64,000 nt of DNA from a virus. Under the pieces are notes generated by a model, which searched no databases, was not told the origin of the DNA, and worked only from the letters and a program-made list of their open reading frames with translations. Numbering within the stretch: position 1 is the first letter of the stretch; every line of letters begins with the position of its first letter. Below are positions 27,602 to 35,897 of the stretch, in pieces. A program made the position numbers and the translations under genes. The stretch covers positions 87,784-151,783 of the IMG/VR virus record IMGVR_UViG_3300021373_002523; one strand, 5' to 3'.

Positions 27602-29376
27602 TATCCATCACAGCTTAAACATTCTTCCATTGCGGCTTTTGCAATGTCACCTCTTAATACAGATTCAGTTCTCATATAGTAAAGAGTTTTAATACCTTGT
27701 TTCCATGCTTCTAAATGAACTTGGTTAATCCATTTTGGAGAAGCTTCTTTAGGGAATGCTAAATTTAGAGATACTGCTTGATCAACATATTGTTGTCTAA
27801 CACCAGCCTGTCTTACCAAATCCAATTGATTTATTTCTTTAAAAGTTTTAAAGACATCTTTAAATGGAACACCTTCCTGTAATTCTGGTACTTCTTTACA
27901 TCTAATTAAGATGCCTTTTAAGAAACACCAATCATCCAAAAATTTAAGACCTTGGACAGATCCACCATCAGCCATTATTCTATCCCAAACTTTTTTATTA
28001 TTATGTCCCATTTTTTCTAAGTAATCTTCTAACTGTTGGTTCTTTCTAATAAAGGTACCTTTTGCAGATTGATCGGTCCATATATTTGCAGGTACTGGTT
28101 CAATACCAGCAGATATACCACCAGCTAATTTAGAATTAGAAACCGTAGGAGCCACAGCTCTTAAGTGAGTGTTTCTAAATCCTGTATCTCTGCACCATAG
28201 AGGTTCTCCGTATTCTTCAGCAAGATCTCGGCTTGCTCTTTCACTTTCTATTTTAATTTGAGAAAATATATTACGAGTTTCATATTGAGCTTCTAACCCT
28301 TCAAATGCAATACCTCTCTGTTGTAAATAAGTATGCCATCCAAGTACACCTAAGCCTAATGCCCTGCCCTTTTCAGCAGATCTTACAGAATTTTCAAAAC
28401 CTTTTCTGTATTTTGCCTTTTGTAAAAATTCTTCAAGTACACCATCTAGGAACCATGTAGAATCATAAATAAGATTTGTATTTTTCCACTCATCATATTT
28501 TGAAAGATTAAGAGAACTTAAACAACAAACAAAAGAATGGTTTTCATCTGTATGTAAAACAATCTCAGAACAAATGTTGGTCATAAAAACTTTTAAACCG
28601 TTTCTCTTATATGCATCAGGATTTTGTTTATTTACATTACCTCTATACATTATATAAGGTTGCCCAGTCTGCCTTCTTTTTCTTTGGACTGCTGCATACC
28701 TTTTTCTGGATTCTGTATCACCTTCCATAACATTCCTCATAAACTTATCACCTACAATAACACATTGGTTAGTATTTAAACATTGTCTATTAATATCACC
28801 TTTAGGTTCTCTGATTTCTAACCATTCCCAAAAATCATCATGTTCGATACTTAAGTTTGTACTTGCAGCTCCTCTTCTTACTGCACCTTGATTAGTAGCA
28901 AGAATAGTAGAATCATTAATTTTAATAAAAGGTACTACACCATCACTAGTACCATTATCAGTTATAGATGCTCCAGCTGGCCTAATTTGATTATGACAAA
29001 CACCAACACCTCCACCATGTTTTGCCAAAAGCATTAATTCTAAATTCTTTTGGCCAATATCATTAATAGAGTCGGCTACATCAATTCCAAAACAACTGAT
29101 AGGTAAACCTCTTTCAGTTCCAGTATTGCTTAATACAGGTGAGGCTAGATTTAACCACCCTTTCCAAATGTACTTCATAAACTTATCAGCCATATCTGGT
29201 TTTTTAAGTCTATTTGCAACTGTTGTTGCTACTCTCCAATATGCATCTTTTGGAGTTTCTCCTGGTAAACAATATCCTCTTGATATTGCATTTAAATAAA
29301 CATCAGTATGACCCCATTCTGGATAATCAACACCACGTTCCCAACCTAATTCTTTTTCTATTTGATCTGCTGTCAT
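27601..29376 (-). CDS. nrdA: Ribonucleotide reductase class Ia alpha subunit
   Basis: PISCF, TNICSEI (NxCxE), VCCLSS, RALGLG, APTVS, KTLYY, C-terminal CLSC. Confidence 0.95.
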   Translation of the reverse strand: MTADQIEKELGWERGVDYPEWGHTDVYLNAISRGYCLPGETPKDAYWRVATTVANRLKKPDMADKFMKYIWKGWLNLASPVLSNTGTERGLPISCFGIDVADSINDIGQKNLELMLLAKHGGGVGVCHNQIRPAGASITDNGTSDGVVPFIKINDSTILATNQGAVRRGAASTNLSIEHDDFWEWLEIREPKGDINRQCLNTNQCVIVGDKFMRNVMEGDTESRKRYAAVQRKRRQTGQPYIMYRGNVNKQNPDAYKRNGLKVFMTNICSEIVLHTDENHSFVCCLSSLNLSKYDEWKNTNLIYDSTWFLDGVLEEFLQKAKYRKGFENSVRSAEKGRALGLGVLGWHTYLQQRGIAFEGLEAQYETRNIFSQIKIESERASRDLAEEYGEPLWCRDTGFRNTHLRAVAPTVSNSKLAGGISAGIEPVPANIWTDQSAKGTFIRKNQQLEDYLEKMGHNNKKVWDRIMADGGSVQGLKFLDDWCFLKGILIRCKEVPELQEGVPFKDVFKTFKEINQLDLVRQAGVRQQYVDQAVSLNLAFPKEASPKWINQVHLEAWKQGIKTLYYMRTESVLRGDIAKAAMEECLSCDG

Positions 29377-29394
29377 TTTTATTTTTTTTAATTA

Positions 29395-30393
29395 TTACCA
29401 AATATCATCCCAGTTATCACCTTCTCCTGCCTTTGCATAATCAGTTGGTCTGATTGCAAAAAAGTCAGTGTGAGTATGTCCACCTGTTAAATGATAAAAC
29501 CAATCTAAATTATCTGCTGATTTTTCATCATACTCAAAAATTGCATCTAATCCTAATTCTTGTAACTTTTCGTTTGTTCTTCTATAAATAAAATTCTTTA
29601 AGTCATATGCCTTTAAATTTTCAATATCACCCATTTCAAAAATCTTATCAATATAATTATGTTCCATATCTACAATAAGTTTAGCCGCTTCATAAACAGA
29701 ATCTTTTACATCATCTCTAAGATTTTTATCTTCATCACACATATGATTAAATAATCGGCAACCCATTTTACTATGTAATGATTCATCTCTTACAGACCAT
29801 TTCATTTGTTGACCAATTCCTTTTAATAAGTTTCTCATTTGAAAAGAATAAAGAACAGCAAAAGAACTATATAAACTTACGCCTTCTGCAAATGCAGAAA
29901 ATATAGCTAAGCTTCTTGCAACTTCCTTTTTTGCATCGCCTACATTACCTAATAAATCTTTATCTGTATAATCAGCATTAGTAGACATTAAGAAGTCAAA
30001 TTTATCAGCCATTGATGGCTCATGTAAGAATGCTGCAAAATCTTCAAGACCTAATGTTTCATTTAAATAACTATAAGCTACAGCATGAATAGTTTCTTGT
30101 GAACCAAACATCATTGCCATTTGTCTTATTTCATGTTTAGGAAACCACTTGGTTACCATTCCAGTCCAATAATCAGATACTGCACATTCAGTTTGAGCAA
30201 ATCCTAAAAGAATATTTCCAACTAAATTCTTCTCGTGTGGTTTTAAATTTTCGTTCCAATCTTTAACATCACCTTGCATTGAAATTTCAGTATGTAACCA
30301 AAATGCTTGTGCTTGTGGTAACCAGCCTTCTAAATAATATTCAGGATATTCAAAAGGTTTATATTCGACACGTTCAGTAAATAGTTTGCTCAT
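29395..30393 (-). CDS. nrdB: Ribonucleotide reductase class Ia beta subunit
   Basis: FWLHTEI, QETIHAVAYS, EGVSLYSSF, RDESLH, DFF. Confidence 0.95.
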   Translation of the reverse strand: MSKLFTERVEYKPFEYPEYYLEGWLPQAQAFWLHTEISMQGDVKDWNENLKPHEKNLVGNILLGFAQTECAVSDYWTGMVTKWFPKHEIRQMAMMFGSQETIHAVAYSYLNETLGLEDFAAFLHEPSMADKFDFLMSTNADYTDKDLLGNVGDAKKEVARSLAIFSAFAEGVSLYSSFAVLYSFQMRNLLKGIGQQMKWSVRDESLHSKMGCRLFNHMCDEDKNLRDDVKDSVYEAAKLIVDMEHNYIDKIFEMGDIENLKAYDLKNFIYRRTNEKLQELGLDAIFEYDEKSADNLDWFYHLTGGHTHTDFFAIRPTDYAKAGEGDNWDDIW

Positions 30394-30417
30394 AATTAAT
30401 TTATTATTTTAGACTAA

Positions 30418-30448
30418 ACATGCAACTCATGGTGAGATGGTTGCATGT
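30418..30448 (-). other. Stem-loop in the nrdB leader
   Basis: ACATGCAAC...GTTGCATGT 9-bp stem enclosing an inner CTCA-CCA-TGAG hairpin, about 25 nt upstream of the nrdB ATG. Confidence 0.6.
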
Positions 30449-30494
30449 CTATAATTGATTTTGTTTTTTATTTATTCTACCTAAGACATTTGAT

Positions 30495-31910
30495 TTAATC
30501 ATTGTCTTGTTTTTTTAACTCCTGCTCTAAATCATAAGCTTCTTGTTGTAGCCTAAATGATTCTTTCTTATATTCTCTTCTTTGGCCATACAGCCTACTT
30601 AACACATCTTTTAAAATAGATCTCTCTGTACTATAAACGGCACCAGTTACAGAAACAATTCTATCTTCTCCTACTTCCCTATCTCTAATTTCTGGTTTTA
30701 CTTTTCTAATAAAACTTTCAGGTGAAACATTTAACTGCCTCATAATAGAAGGATACAGAGAAGCAAAATCAAAAGCAGCTACAGCATTATGCATTCCTGT
30801 TTTAGGTTCTTTTACAAAGGCTCCTTCAAACTGCTGCCTTTTAGTTGGGGGAGCTTTAGGGTCTTTAGCCATTACTAAATTTCTAGTTAAAAATTCTCTA
30901 GCTAATAATGCTTCTGTAATTGCTACTGGTGATGCAGCTTTAAAAATACTAATCTGAGTCATATGAGCAATAGTTAATGCAATTTCCATTGTCTTAATCT
31001 TTTCATGGATTAAATAAACAAGAGCGGTATCAACTGCATTATAGAAAATGTACTTAGGATAATCTTTTTCATACATATCTTGTATTGTACCTTCATATTT
31101 AATTTTACGGATTCCTACAACAGCTTCACCTACTGTATCTAATTTAAAATCTTCTTTAATATCTACAGTCCTATCCCACTTTGCATAAATATCTAAATAA
31201 TCCATTACTCCTACATGGCAGGGGAATTCATTTTTGCCAAAAGTCCTACCAATAGGAGAAGCAATAGAAGGATCAATTCCTAATTTCTTGCAACGGTTTA
31301 CAATATATTGCCAGTCAAATTGTACAAAGTTCCAACCTGTCATCATAGAAAACTTTTTAACAAAAGTATCCATGAATGTATATAGCATATCATACTCATT
31401 ATCAAAACATTTAAAGATAAAAGAAAATTCTTCACCTATATCTTTAAAATGTTCGTCTATTTGCTTTTGTATTTTAGACTGTATAGGTTTATCTAAATTT
31501 TTAGTAGCTAGCACTACACATTGTTTTTCTGGTGTTACTATACAAATTGCAGTCACCGGGTTCGGTGCTTTACTTGGTTCAGGAAATGAATCAGTAACCT
31601 CAACCTCAATATCTACAAAATATGTTTTAGGAAAATGATAACCAAATATAAGCTCTCTATCAGAAAATGATAGTTGATCCATATATTCTATAATTCTATA
31701 TTTGTTTAAGTACCTTGATTTTGCTTTCTTTACAGAACGCCCATCCCAGTTTTTAATTTTAGGATCTGCTTTAGGATCACCACCATCACAAACTTCCCAG
31801 TTAAACATATCTTCTGGTTGAAGATCATAAGTCTTAAATCTAGTTTTTCCGTCAAGATTAAAATAAGAGACCCATAATTGGCGATCTTCTTGAGTTATGT
31901 CTAATAGCAT
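30495..31910 (-). CDS. gp43A: Family B DNA polymerase, N-terminal subunit (gp43A: 3'-5' exonuclease and motif A)
   Basis: VDIEV (ExoI), TGWNFVQFDWQY (ExoII), YNAVDT (ExoIII), FEGAFVKEP, FDFASLYPSIM (motif A); ends in the fingers helix QRREYKK. Confidence 0.92.
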   Translation of the reverse strand: MLLDITQEDRQLWVSYFNLDGKTRFKTYDLQPEDMFNWEVCDGGDPKADPKIKNWDGRSVKKAKSRYLNKYRIIEYMDQLSFSDRELIFGYHFPKTYFVDIEVEVTDSFPEPSKAPNPVTAICIVTPEKQCVVLATKNLDKPIQSKIQKQIDEHFKDIGEEFSFIFKCFDNEYDMLYTFMDTFVKKFSMMTGWNFVQFDWQYIVNRCKKLGIDPSIASPIGRTFGKNEFPCHVGVMDYLDIYAKWDRTVDIKEDFKLDTVGEAVVGIRKIKYEGTIQDMYEKDYPKYIFYNAVDTALVYLIHEKIKTMEIALTIAHMTQISIFKAASPVAITEALLAREFLTRNLVMAKDPKAPPTKRQQFEGAFVKEPKTGMHNAVAAFDFASLYPSIMRQLNVSPESFIRKVKPEIRDREVGEDRIVSVTGAVYSTERSILKDVLSRLYGQRREYKKESFRLQQEAYDLEQELKKQDND

Positions 31911-31920
31911 ATTTTATTTT

Positions 31921-31946
31921 TTATAGGTAATGATTAATAATTGTTT
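31921..31946 (-). promoter_or_regulatory. Putative middle promoter variant (AAAC-N16-CTATAA) upstream of gp43A
   Basis: One mismatch to the recurrent motif. Confidence 0.5.
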
Positions 31947-32428
31947 TCTTGTCTGTTCCAATTCTCCTCATTCTTAGAGAGATAATAATTATAAAATTCT
32001 TGTGGGGTAACACCGATTGCTAAACCTGCATTAAATACAAAATGCATTACATCAATCCATTCCATTTTTAATTCTTTTAAATCACCTGGAGTTAAATCAG
32101 AAAGTTTTTGTTTTCTTACTTTAGGGTTTGCGGATTTCCAAGGTTTCCATGCAGCATTACCTACACCGTCTTCGATACCACCAACAGCATCTACCATTTC
32201 ATGTAGTTCATCAATGATTGCATGATTAGTAACCATTAAAAAATCTATAACATCACCTATCGTGAACTCTGAGAAAGGTTTTCTACCTTGCTTTTCAAAA
32301 TACATATTTTGAGTTTTAGCTTGGAGAGAATAAAGTTCTTCTAATGAATTAACTTTAACATCATATTCTTTCTCTTTCCAATAATCTCTAACATCGAGAT
32401 CCTTGCATTTATTATCAGTGTTTGCCAT
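31934..32428 (-). CDS. Dimeric all-alpha dCTP/dUTP pyrophosphatase (T4 gp56-like)
   Basis: IDELHEMVDAVGG, AWKPWK, ELKMEWIDVMHF, YLSKNEENWNRQ. Confidence 0.85.
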   Translation of the reverse strand: MANTDNKCKDLDVRDYWKEKEYDVKVNSLEELYSLQAKTQNMYFEKQGRKPFSEFTIGDVIDFLMVTNHAIIDELHEMVDAVGGIEDGVGNAAWKPWKSANPKVRKQKLSDLTPGDLKELKMEWIDVMHFVFNAGLAIGVTPQEFYNYYLSKNEENWNRQENNY

Positions 32429-32446
32429 ATAAGTTTTGATTTATTT

Positions 32447-32473
32447 TTATATAGCTAAAAGTAAAGATTGTTT
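32447..32473 (-). promoter_or_regulatory. Putative middle promoter (AAAC-N17-ATATAA) upstream of the dCTPase/dUTPase gene
   Basis: Copy of the recurrent motif. Confidence 0.62.
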
Positions 32474-33306
32474 TATTTTTCTTTTTGTTGTTTTAGAACT
32501 TCACCTAGCATATCAATACTCCATTTAGGATCAAACCAAAATCGCCTGCCGTTCTTATCTTTTATGTATGCCATGTTCTTATTGTTATAGCACTTAATAA
32601 ATTTTTCAAACTTTTCTTTATCTGATTTCCAAGGATTCTCCCAATCTTTTAATTGGCCTCCACCTAATGAATATGCTTTTCTAGGAATTTCAATACAAAG
32701 CTCTAAAAGCTGTGGGCAATTTTCTATTACTTCTCTGGCATCCATAAAAGGATTTATATGAGGTAGCCTATAAAGTATCTCGGCTCTTAAGTAATTACCA
32801 ATACCGTTAAAGTATTTTTGGTTCATAAGAACTAAATGAATAGGTTGATTAAAAACCTTTTGATCTAAATTTTTAAGAATGTTATATTTAAATTCATCAG
32901 GCTCCATTGTTGGATCTGGTCCCCGATTAGTACCCCAAGTTTCTCCTAACTTCCATTTACCGAATCTTCTTACATCAACAAAAGATAAGGTAGTACCATC
33001 ATGCCTATAAAATTTTAAATGAGCATGCTTCGGTTCTTGCCCAGTGTTAGTTAATTTAAAATGACCACTCATTCCCATAGTCATTTTAAGAGGAACTTTT
33101 TCTCCTTTCTGAGATAACCATAAGATTAATTCCTTTCCTCGACTCTCAGCAGTAATACCAAAGTCACCTTCAAAAGGTAGCTCAATATCCTTTCCTTTAT
33201 GTACTGGATTTTTCTTAATGTTAGTATATCTGATAGAAGGAGTACCACTCCCACTACACTCATTTATATAAGCTGCTGTCAATCTAAGTTCTGCTAATTC
33301 TGGCAT
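32473..33306 (-). CDS. Fpg/Nei DNA glycosylase-AP lyase, NEIL1-like (zincless finger)
   Basis: N-terminal PE, RGKEL, MGMSG, FVDVRRFGKW, NQKYFNGIGNYLRAEILYR, CY...DKNGRRFWF; no CxxC zinc finger. Confidence 0.92.
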   Translation of the reverse strand: MPELAELRLTAAYINECSGSGTPSIRYTNIKKNPVHKGKDIELPFEGDFGITAESRGKELILWLSQKGEKVPLKMTMGMSGHFKLTNTGQEPKHAHLKFYRHDGTTLSFVDVRRFGKWKLGETWGTNRGPDPTMEPDEFKYNILKNLDQKVFNQPIHLVLMNQKYFNGIGNYLRAEILYRLPHINPFMDAREVIENCPQLLELCIEIPRKAYSLGGGQLKDWENPWKSDKEKFEKFIKCYNNKNMAYIKDKNGRRFWFDPKWSIDMLGEVLKQQKEK

Positions 33307-33309
33307 AGT

Positions 33310-33822
33310 TTAATAATTATATCCTTTAATAAAAATGTTAAGGCTTGTCATTTCTTTAGGAGTCCTTTCCCCGCTACGATTTACCTCATCCAATACTTTT
33401 TGTTCTGTTTTTAATATCCAAGCTATTTTAAAGTTATTTACAAGAATAGCATAGATCTTTCTTACTGTTATATCTTCTAAAGCATAAAGCTTTTTTGCAA
33501 TCTGAGAAACTGGTACAATATGCTCTAAATGAAAAACTCCGTCTATCCTACCTACATCACGTAACCCGGCTTTATTTGTTTGCTGTCTCCATGTAACCCA
33601 TTTAAGCCTTTCTTCAGCATCAGGAATTTCTAATCTTTGCGCCTTTTGTAAAGCAGCTCGGGAATACATATAAGGGATTCCTAATTCTTTAGGTGTATTA
33701 CTATAAAACCTGATAAGTCTTGTTACAGTGTACTTTACATCCTTATCATTAGGGTTTTCTTTAATCCATTCTAAAAGAGGTTTTATCGTTTCGGCATATA
33801 ATTGTATTTTCTTTATAATCAT
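33310..33822 (-). CDS. Hypothetical protein, possible HNH/His-Me nuclease-like
   Basis: HLEHIVPVS motif only. Confidence 0.45.
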   Translation of the reverse strand: MIIKKIQLYAETIKPLLEWIKENPNDKDVKYTVTRLIRFYSNTPKELGIPYMYSRAALQKAQRLEIPDAEERLKWVTWRQQTNKAGLRDVGRIDGVFHLEHIVPVSQIAKKLYALEDITVRKIYAILVNNFKIAWILKTEQKVLDEVNRSGERTPKEMTSLNIFIKGYNY

Positions 33823-34385
33823 CCCTTCATAATTTTAAGTGAATTACGAATAGTACCGTTTACTGATTGAACAGTAATACCGAGTTCTTTTGCAATTTCA
33901 GAAGTTTTCATTTCATTACAATCAATACCAAATTTCATTTTGATAATTTCTTGTTGTTTAGGTTTTAGTTTACCCATTAACTTTTCAATTTTAAACTTAA
34001 GATGATCTGAATCATGACGTGATTCAATATGAGATTCATATGTGCCTTGATATGTTGGATCCAATTCAGATACTTTAGGTCCTATATCAGGGATATGAGT
34101 TTTATGAGCAGGTACACGAATAGTCCTACTCTTATTATTTAAGGCTTGGCGAATTGTAGCTTTAATCCATGCTGCTGCATATGAAGAAAATTTAGATCCA
34201 CCGTCTTTTTTCCATTTATCCCTAGCTTTACATAATCCGATTGTACCTTCATGGATTAGATCTTCTAGTGATAGTCCCATTCCTTGGTATTTTTTAGCAA
34301 GGTGTACGACCAATCTCATATTGGATAGCACAGGGTCAGATGAATTAATGTTTTTTTGAATGTCTTTGTACAAAGTAGTGTTCAT
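33819..34385 (-). CDS. Phage sigma-70 family RNA polymerase sigma factor (regions 2 and 4)
   Basis: NMRLVVHLAKKYQGMGLSLEDLIHEGTIGL...KFSSYAAAWIK...RTIRVPAH; region 4 LKPKQQEIIKMKFGI...TSEIAKELGIT. Confidence 0.92.
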   Translation of the reverse strand: MNTTLYKDIQKNINSSDPVLSNMRLVVHLAKKYQGMGLSLEDLIHEGTIGLCKARDKWKKDGGSKFSSYAAAWIKATIRQALNNKSRTIRVPAHKTHIPDIGPKVSELDPTYQGTYESHIESRHDSDHLKFKIEKLMGKLKPKQQEIIKMKFGIDCNEMKTSEIAKELGITVQSVNGTIRNSLKIMKG

Positions 34386-34418
34386 ATAGGTTCCGTTTTT
34401 TGTTTTATTATTAATATA

Positions 34419-34485
34419 TAAATATAATCAATTTAATTGGGATTTGAACTATAAAATCTTGTTTTTTTCAGAAAGTTATTAACAA
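34419..34485 (-). promoter_or_regulatory. Putative early promoter (TTGTTAATAACTTT...TCCCAA-N8-ATTATATTTA) upstream of the phage sigma
   Basis: The core recurs with identical spacing at 34625-34648 and 56997-57020, with variants at 34892-34915 and 37880-37903. Confidence 0.65.
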
Positions 34486-34598
34486 TTTTCAATTGGTTCA
34501 TAAATGTTATAAGGTTCATTAACTCCATCTTGATTATAGCGATTTACTGTTATTTCTCGGCAGTATCCAATTTCTTCAATGTAAACTATATTGTCCAT
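34479..34598 (-). CDS. Small hypothetical protein (39 aa)
   Basis: MDNIVYIEEIGYCREITVNRYNQDGVNEPYNIYEPIENC; directly downstream of an early-type promoter copy. Confidence 0.5.
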   Translation of the reverse strand: MDNIVYIEEIGYCREITVNRYNQDGVNEPYNIYEPIENC

Positions 34599-34624
34599 GT
34601 TGTTATGTATTAATTAATATAGTA

Positions 34625-34648
34625 TAAATATAATACTAATTTTTGGGA
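34625..34648 (-). promoter_or_regulatory. Putative early promoter (TCCCAA-N8-ATTATATTTA)
   Basis: Exact copy of the core motif. Confidence 0.6.
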
Positions 34649-34673
34649 TTCGTACCAAGATTTCTTGTTTTTT

Positions 34674-34865
34674 TTAAAAGTTTTTATTTATTTTCATTTC
34701 GTGCCATTCATCAGCAAACCAGCACATTATTTCTTTTTCCTTTTTTAGCATTCTTTTTGCAATCGCAATTGCATATTTTAATCCTTGCCTAGTACTCTCA
34801 TGATTTAACTCAGATTCTAATTGTTTAATAAGTTCAGTGAGAGGTGTGTTAATTTTGTTGTTCAT
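34674..34865 (-). CDS. Hypothetical protein
   Basis: 63-aa ORF following an early-promoter variant. Confidence 0.55.
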   Translation of the reverse strand: MNNKINTPLTELIKQLESELNHESTRQGLKYAIAIAKRMLKKEKEIMCWFADEWHEMKINKNF

Positions 34866-34942
34866 AGTATGTTATATGTTATATTGTTATATTAATATAA
34901 TTACATACTTCTGGAGAAATTTACAACAATTTCACAATTATT

Positions 34943-35146
34943 TTACAAATTCCCTGGTTTTAATTTATCATTCTCAATATCAGAGATTAAAAACCTAATC
35001 CTATCTGCTGCAAGATAGGGTGATTTGTCTTCTAATAATTGTAGTATTTGATTAAGGTTTTTGATTACTAACCTTTTACTTAAAAGTGGATTTTGTGGTG
35101 GAGTAAATTTAGTATCGGAATATTGCCAGTCGTCTCTAAGTCCCAT
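34943..35146 (-). CDS. Hypothetical protein
   Basis: 67-aa ORF following a middle-promoter copy. Confidence 0.55.
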   Translation of the reverse strand: MGLRDDWQYSDTKFTPPQNPLLSKRLVIKNLNQILQLLEDKSPYLAADRIRFLISDIENDKLKPGNL

Positions 35147-35160
35147 AGATTGATTTATTA

Positions 35161-35186
35161 TTATATGGAATAAATCAAAGATGTTT
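35161..35186 (-). promoter_or_regulatory. Putative middle promoter (AAAC-N16-ATATAA)
   Basis: Copy of the recurrent motif. Confidence 0.6.
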
Positions 35187-35190
35187 CAGT

Positions 35191-35610
35191 TTAAAATTGA
35201 GATTCTCTTTTGACAACTTCAATAGCTCTTACTAATTTATCAAAGTCAACAGGACATTTAAGATCTAATCCTGCTCTTGCTGTAAATTTAATATATGCAT
35301 CACCTCTAATATAGAGAAGTAATGTTGGTGCCATTCTAATTTTAAGATCCTTTTTTAATTTTGGAGAAGTGGCAATATCGCATCTATAATACTGAACACC
35401 ATCTAAGTCATCAATTTTTTTCCAATCCTTAAAGGCATTATCTTTATTAAACTCTGCATAAAATTCTACAACTATTACATCATGTATAGAATTATCTTCA
35501 AAAGCTTCATAACCTATAACTTTAGTATCAAAGTCTTTATCTGAAACCCATTGTTGAGCAAACACATTTGTGCTTAAGAATAAAAAAATAATAAATAAAA
35601 TCTTTTTCAT
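35191..35610 (-). CDS. Exported thioredoxin-fold protein lacking CxxC
   Basis: Signal peptide MKKILFIIFLFLSTNVFA|Q (start at 35610); VIVVEFYAEFN...YYRCDI...IRMAPTLLLY follows the Trx pattern without WCxxC. Confidence 0.65.
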   Translation of the reverse strand: MKKILFIIFLFLSTNVFAQQWVSDKDFDTKVIGYEAFEDNSIHDVIVVEFYAEFNKDNAFKDWKKIDDLDGVQYYRCDIATSPKLKKDLKIRMAPTLLLYIRGDAYIKFTARAGLDLKCPVDFDKLVRAIEVVKRESQF

Positions 35611-35611
35611 A

Positions 35612-35896
35612 TTATCTTCTTTGCTGTAATTCATAAAGGCGCTCATCCATCTTTTGAAGTTGTTCCTTTATATCTTCAACGTCTTCTTGTGTATCCATAA
35701 TAGTTTGGCGAACCAACTCATCTTTTAAATCATACTCTACCCTATCAATTACCGGCTTAGGTAACTTTTTTGCTTCATCTATATCTGATTGTAAAACAAA
35801 CCACATACTTATGACTGTTGCCATAGCAGCACCAATTGCAATTAAGGTTTTTATACTAACCCTAAAATCTAAATTTTCATTTAATTCTTTTGCCAT
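35612..35896 (-). CDS. Single-pass membrane protein with a coiled coil
   Basis: TM segment TLIAIGAAMATVISMWFVL followed by heptad repeats. Confidence 0.65.
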   Translation of the reverse strand: MAKELNENLDFRVSIKTLIAIGAAMATVISMWFVLQSDIDEAKKLPKPVIDRVEYDLKDELVRQTIMDTQEDVEDIKEQLQKMDERLYELQQRR

Positions 35897-35897
35897 T

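Noticed and set aside
14646-31910. Split intein or intron joining the polymerase halves
   Set aside because: No Cys/Ser-starting N-intein after the gp43A fingers helix, no His-Asn-Cys/Ser junction in gp43B, and no room for intron structure in the short flanks.
35191-35646. Redox-active thioredoxin serving the RNR, and the ORF-track start at 35646
   Set aside because: There is no CxxC, and a clear signal peptide begins at Met 35610, right after the upstream stop.
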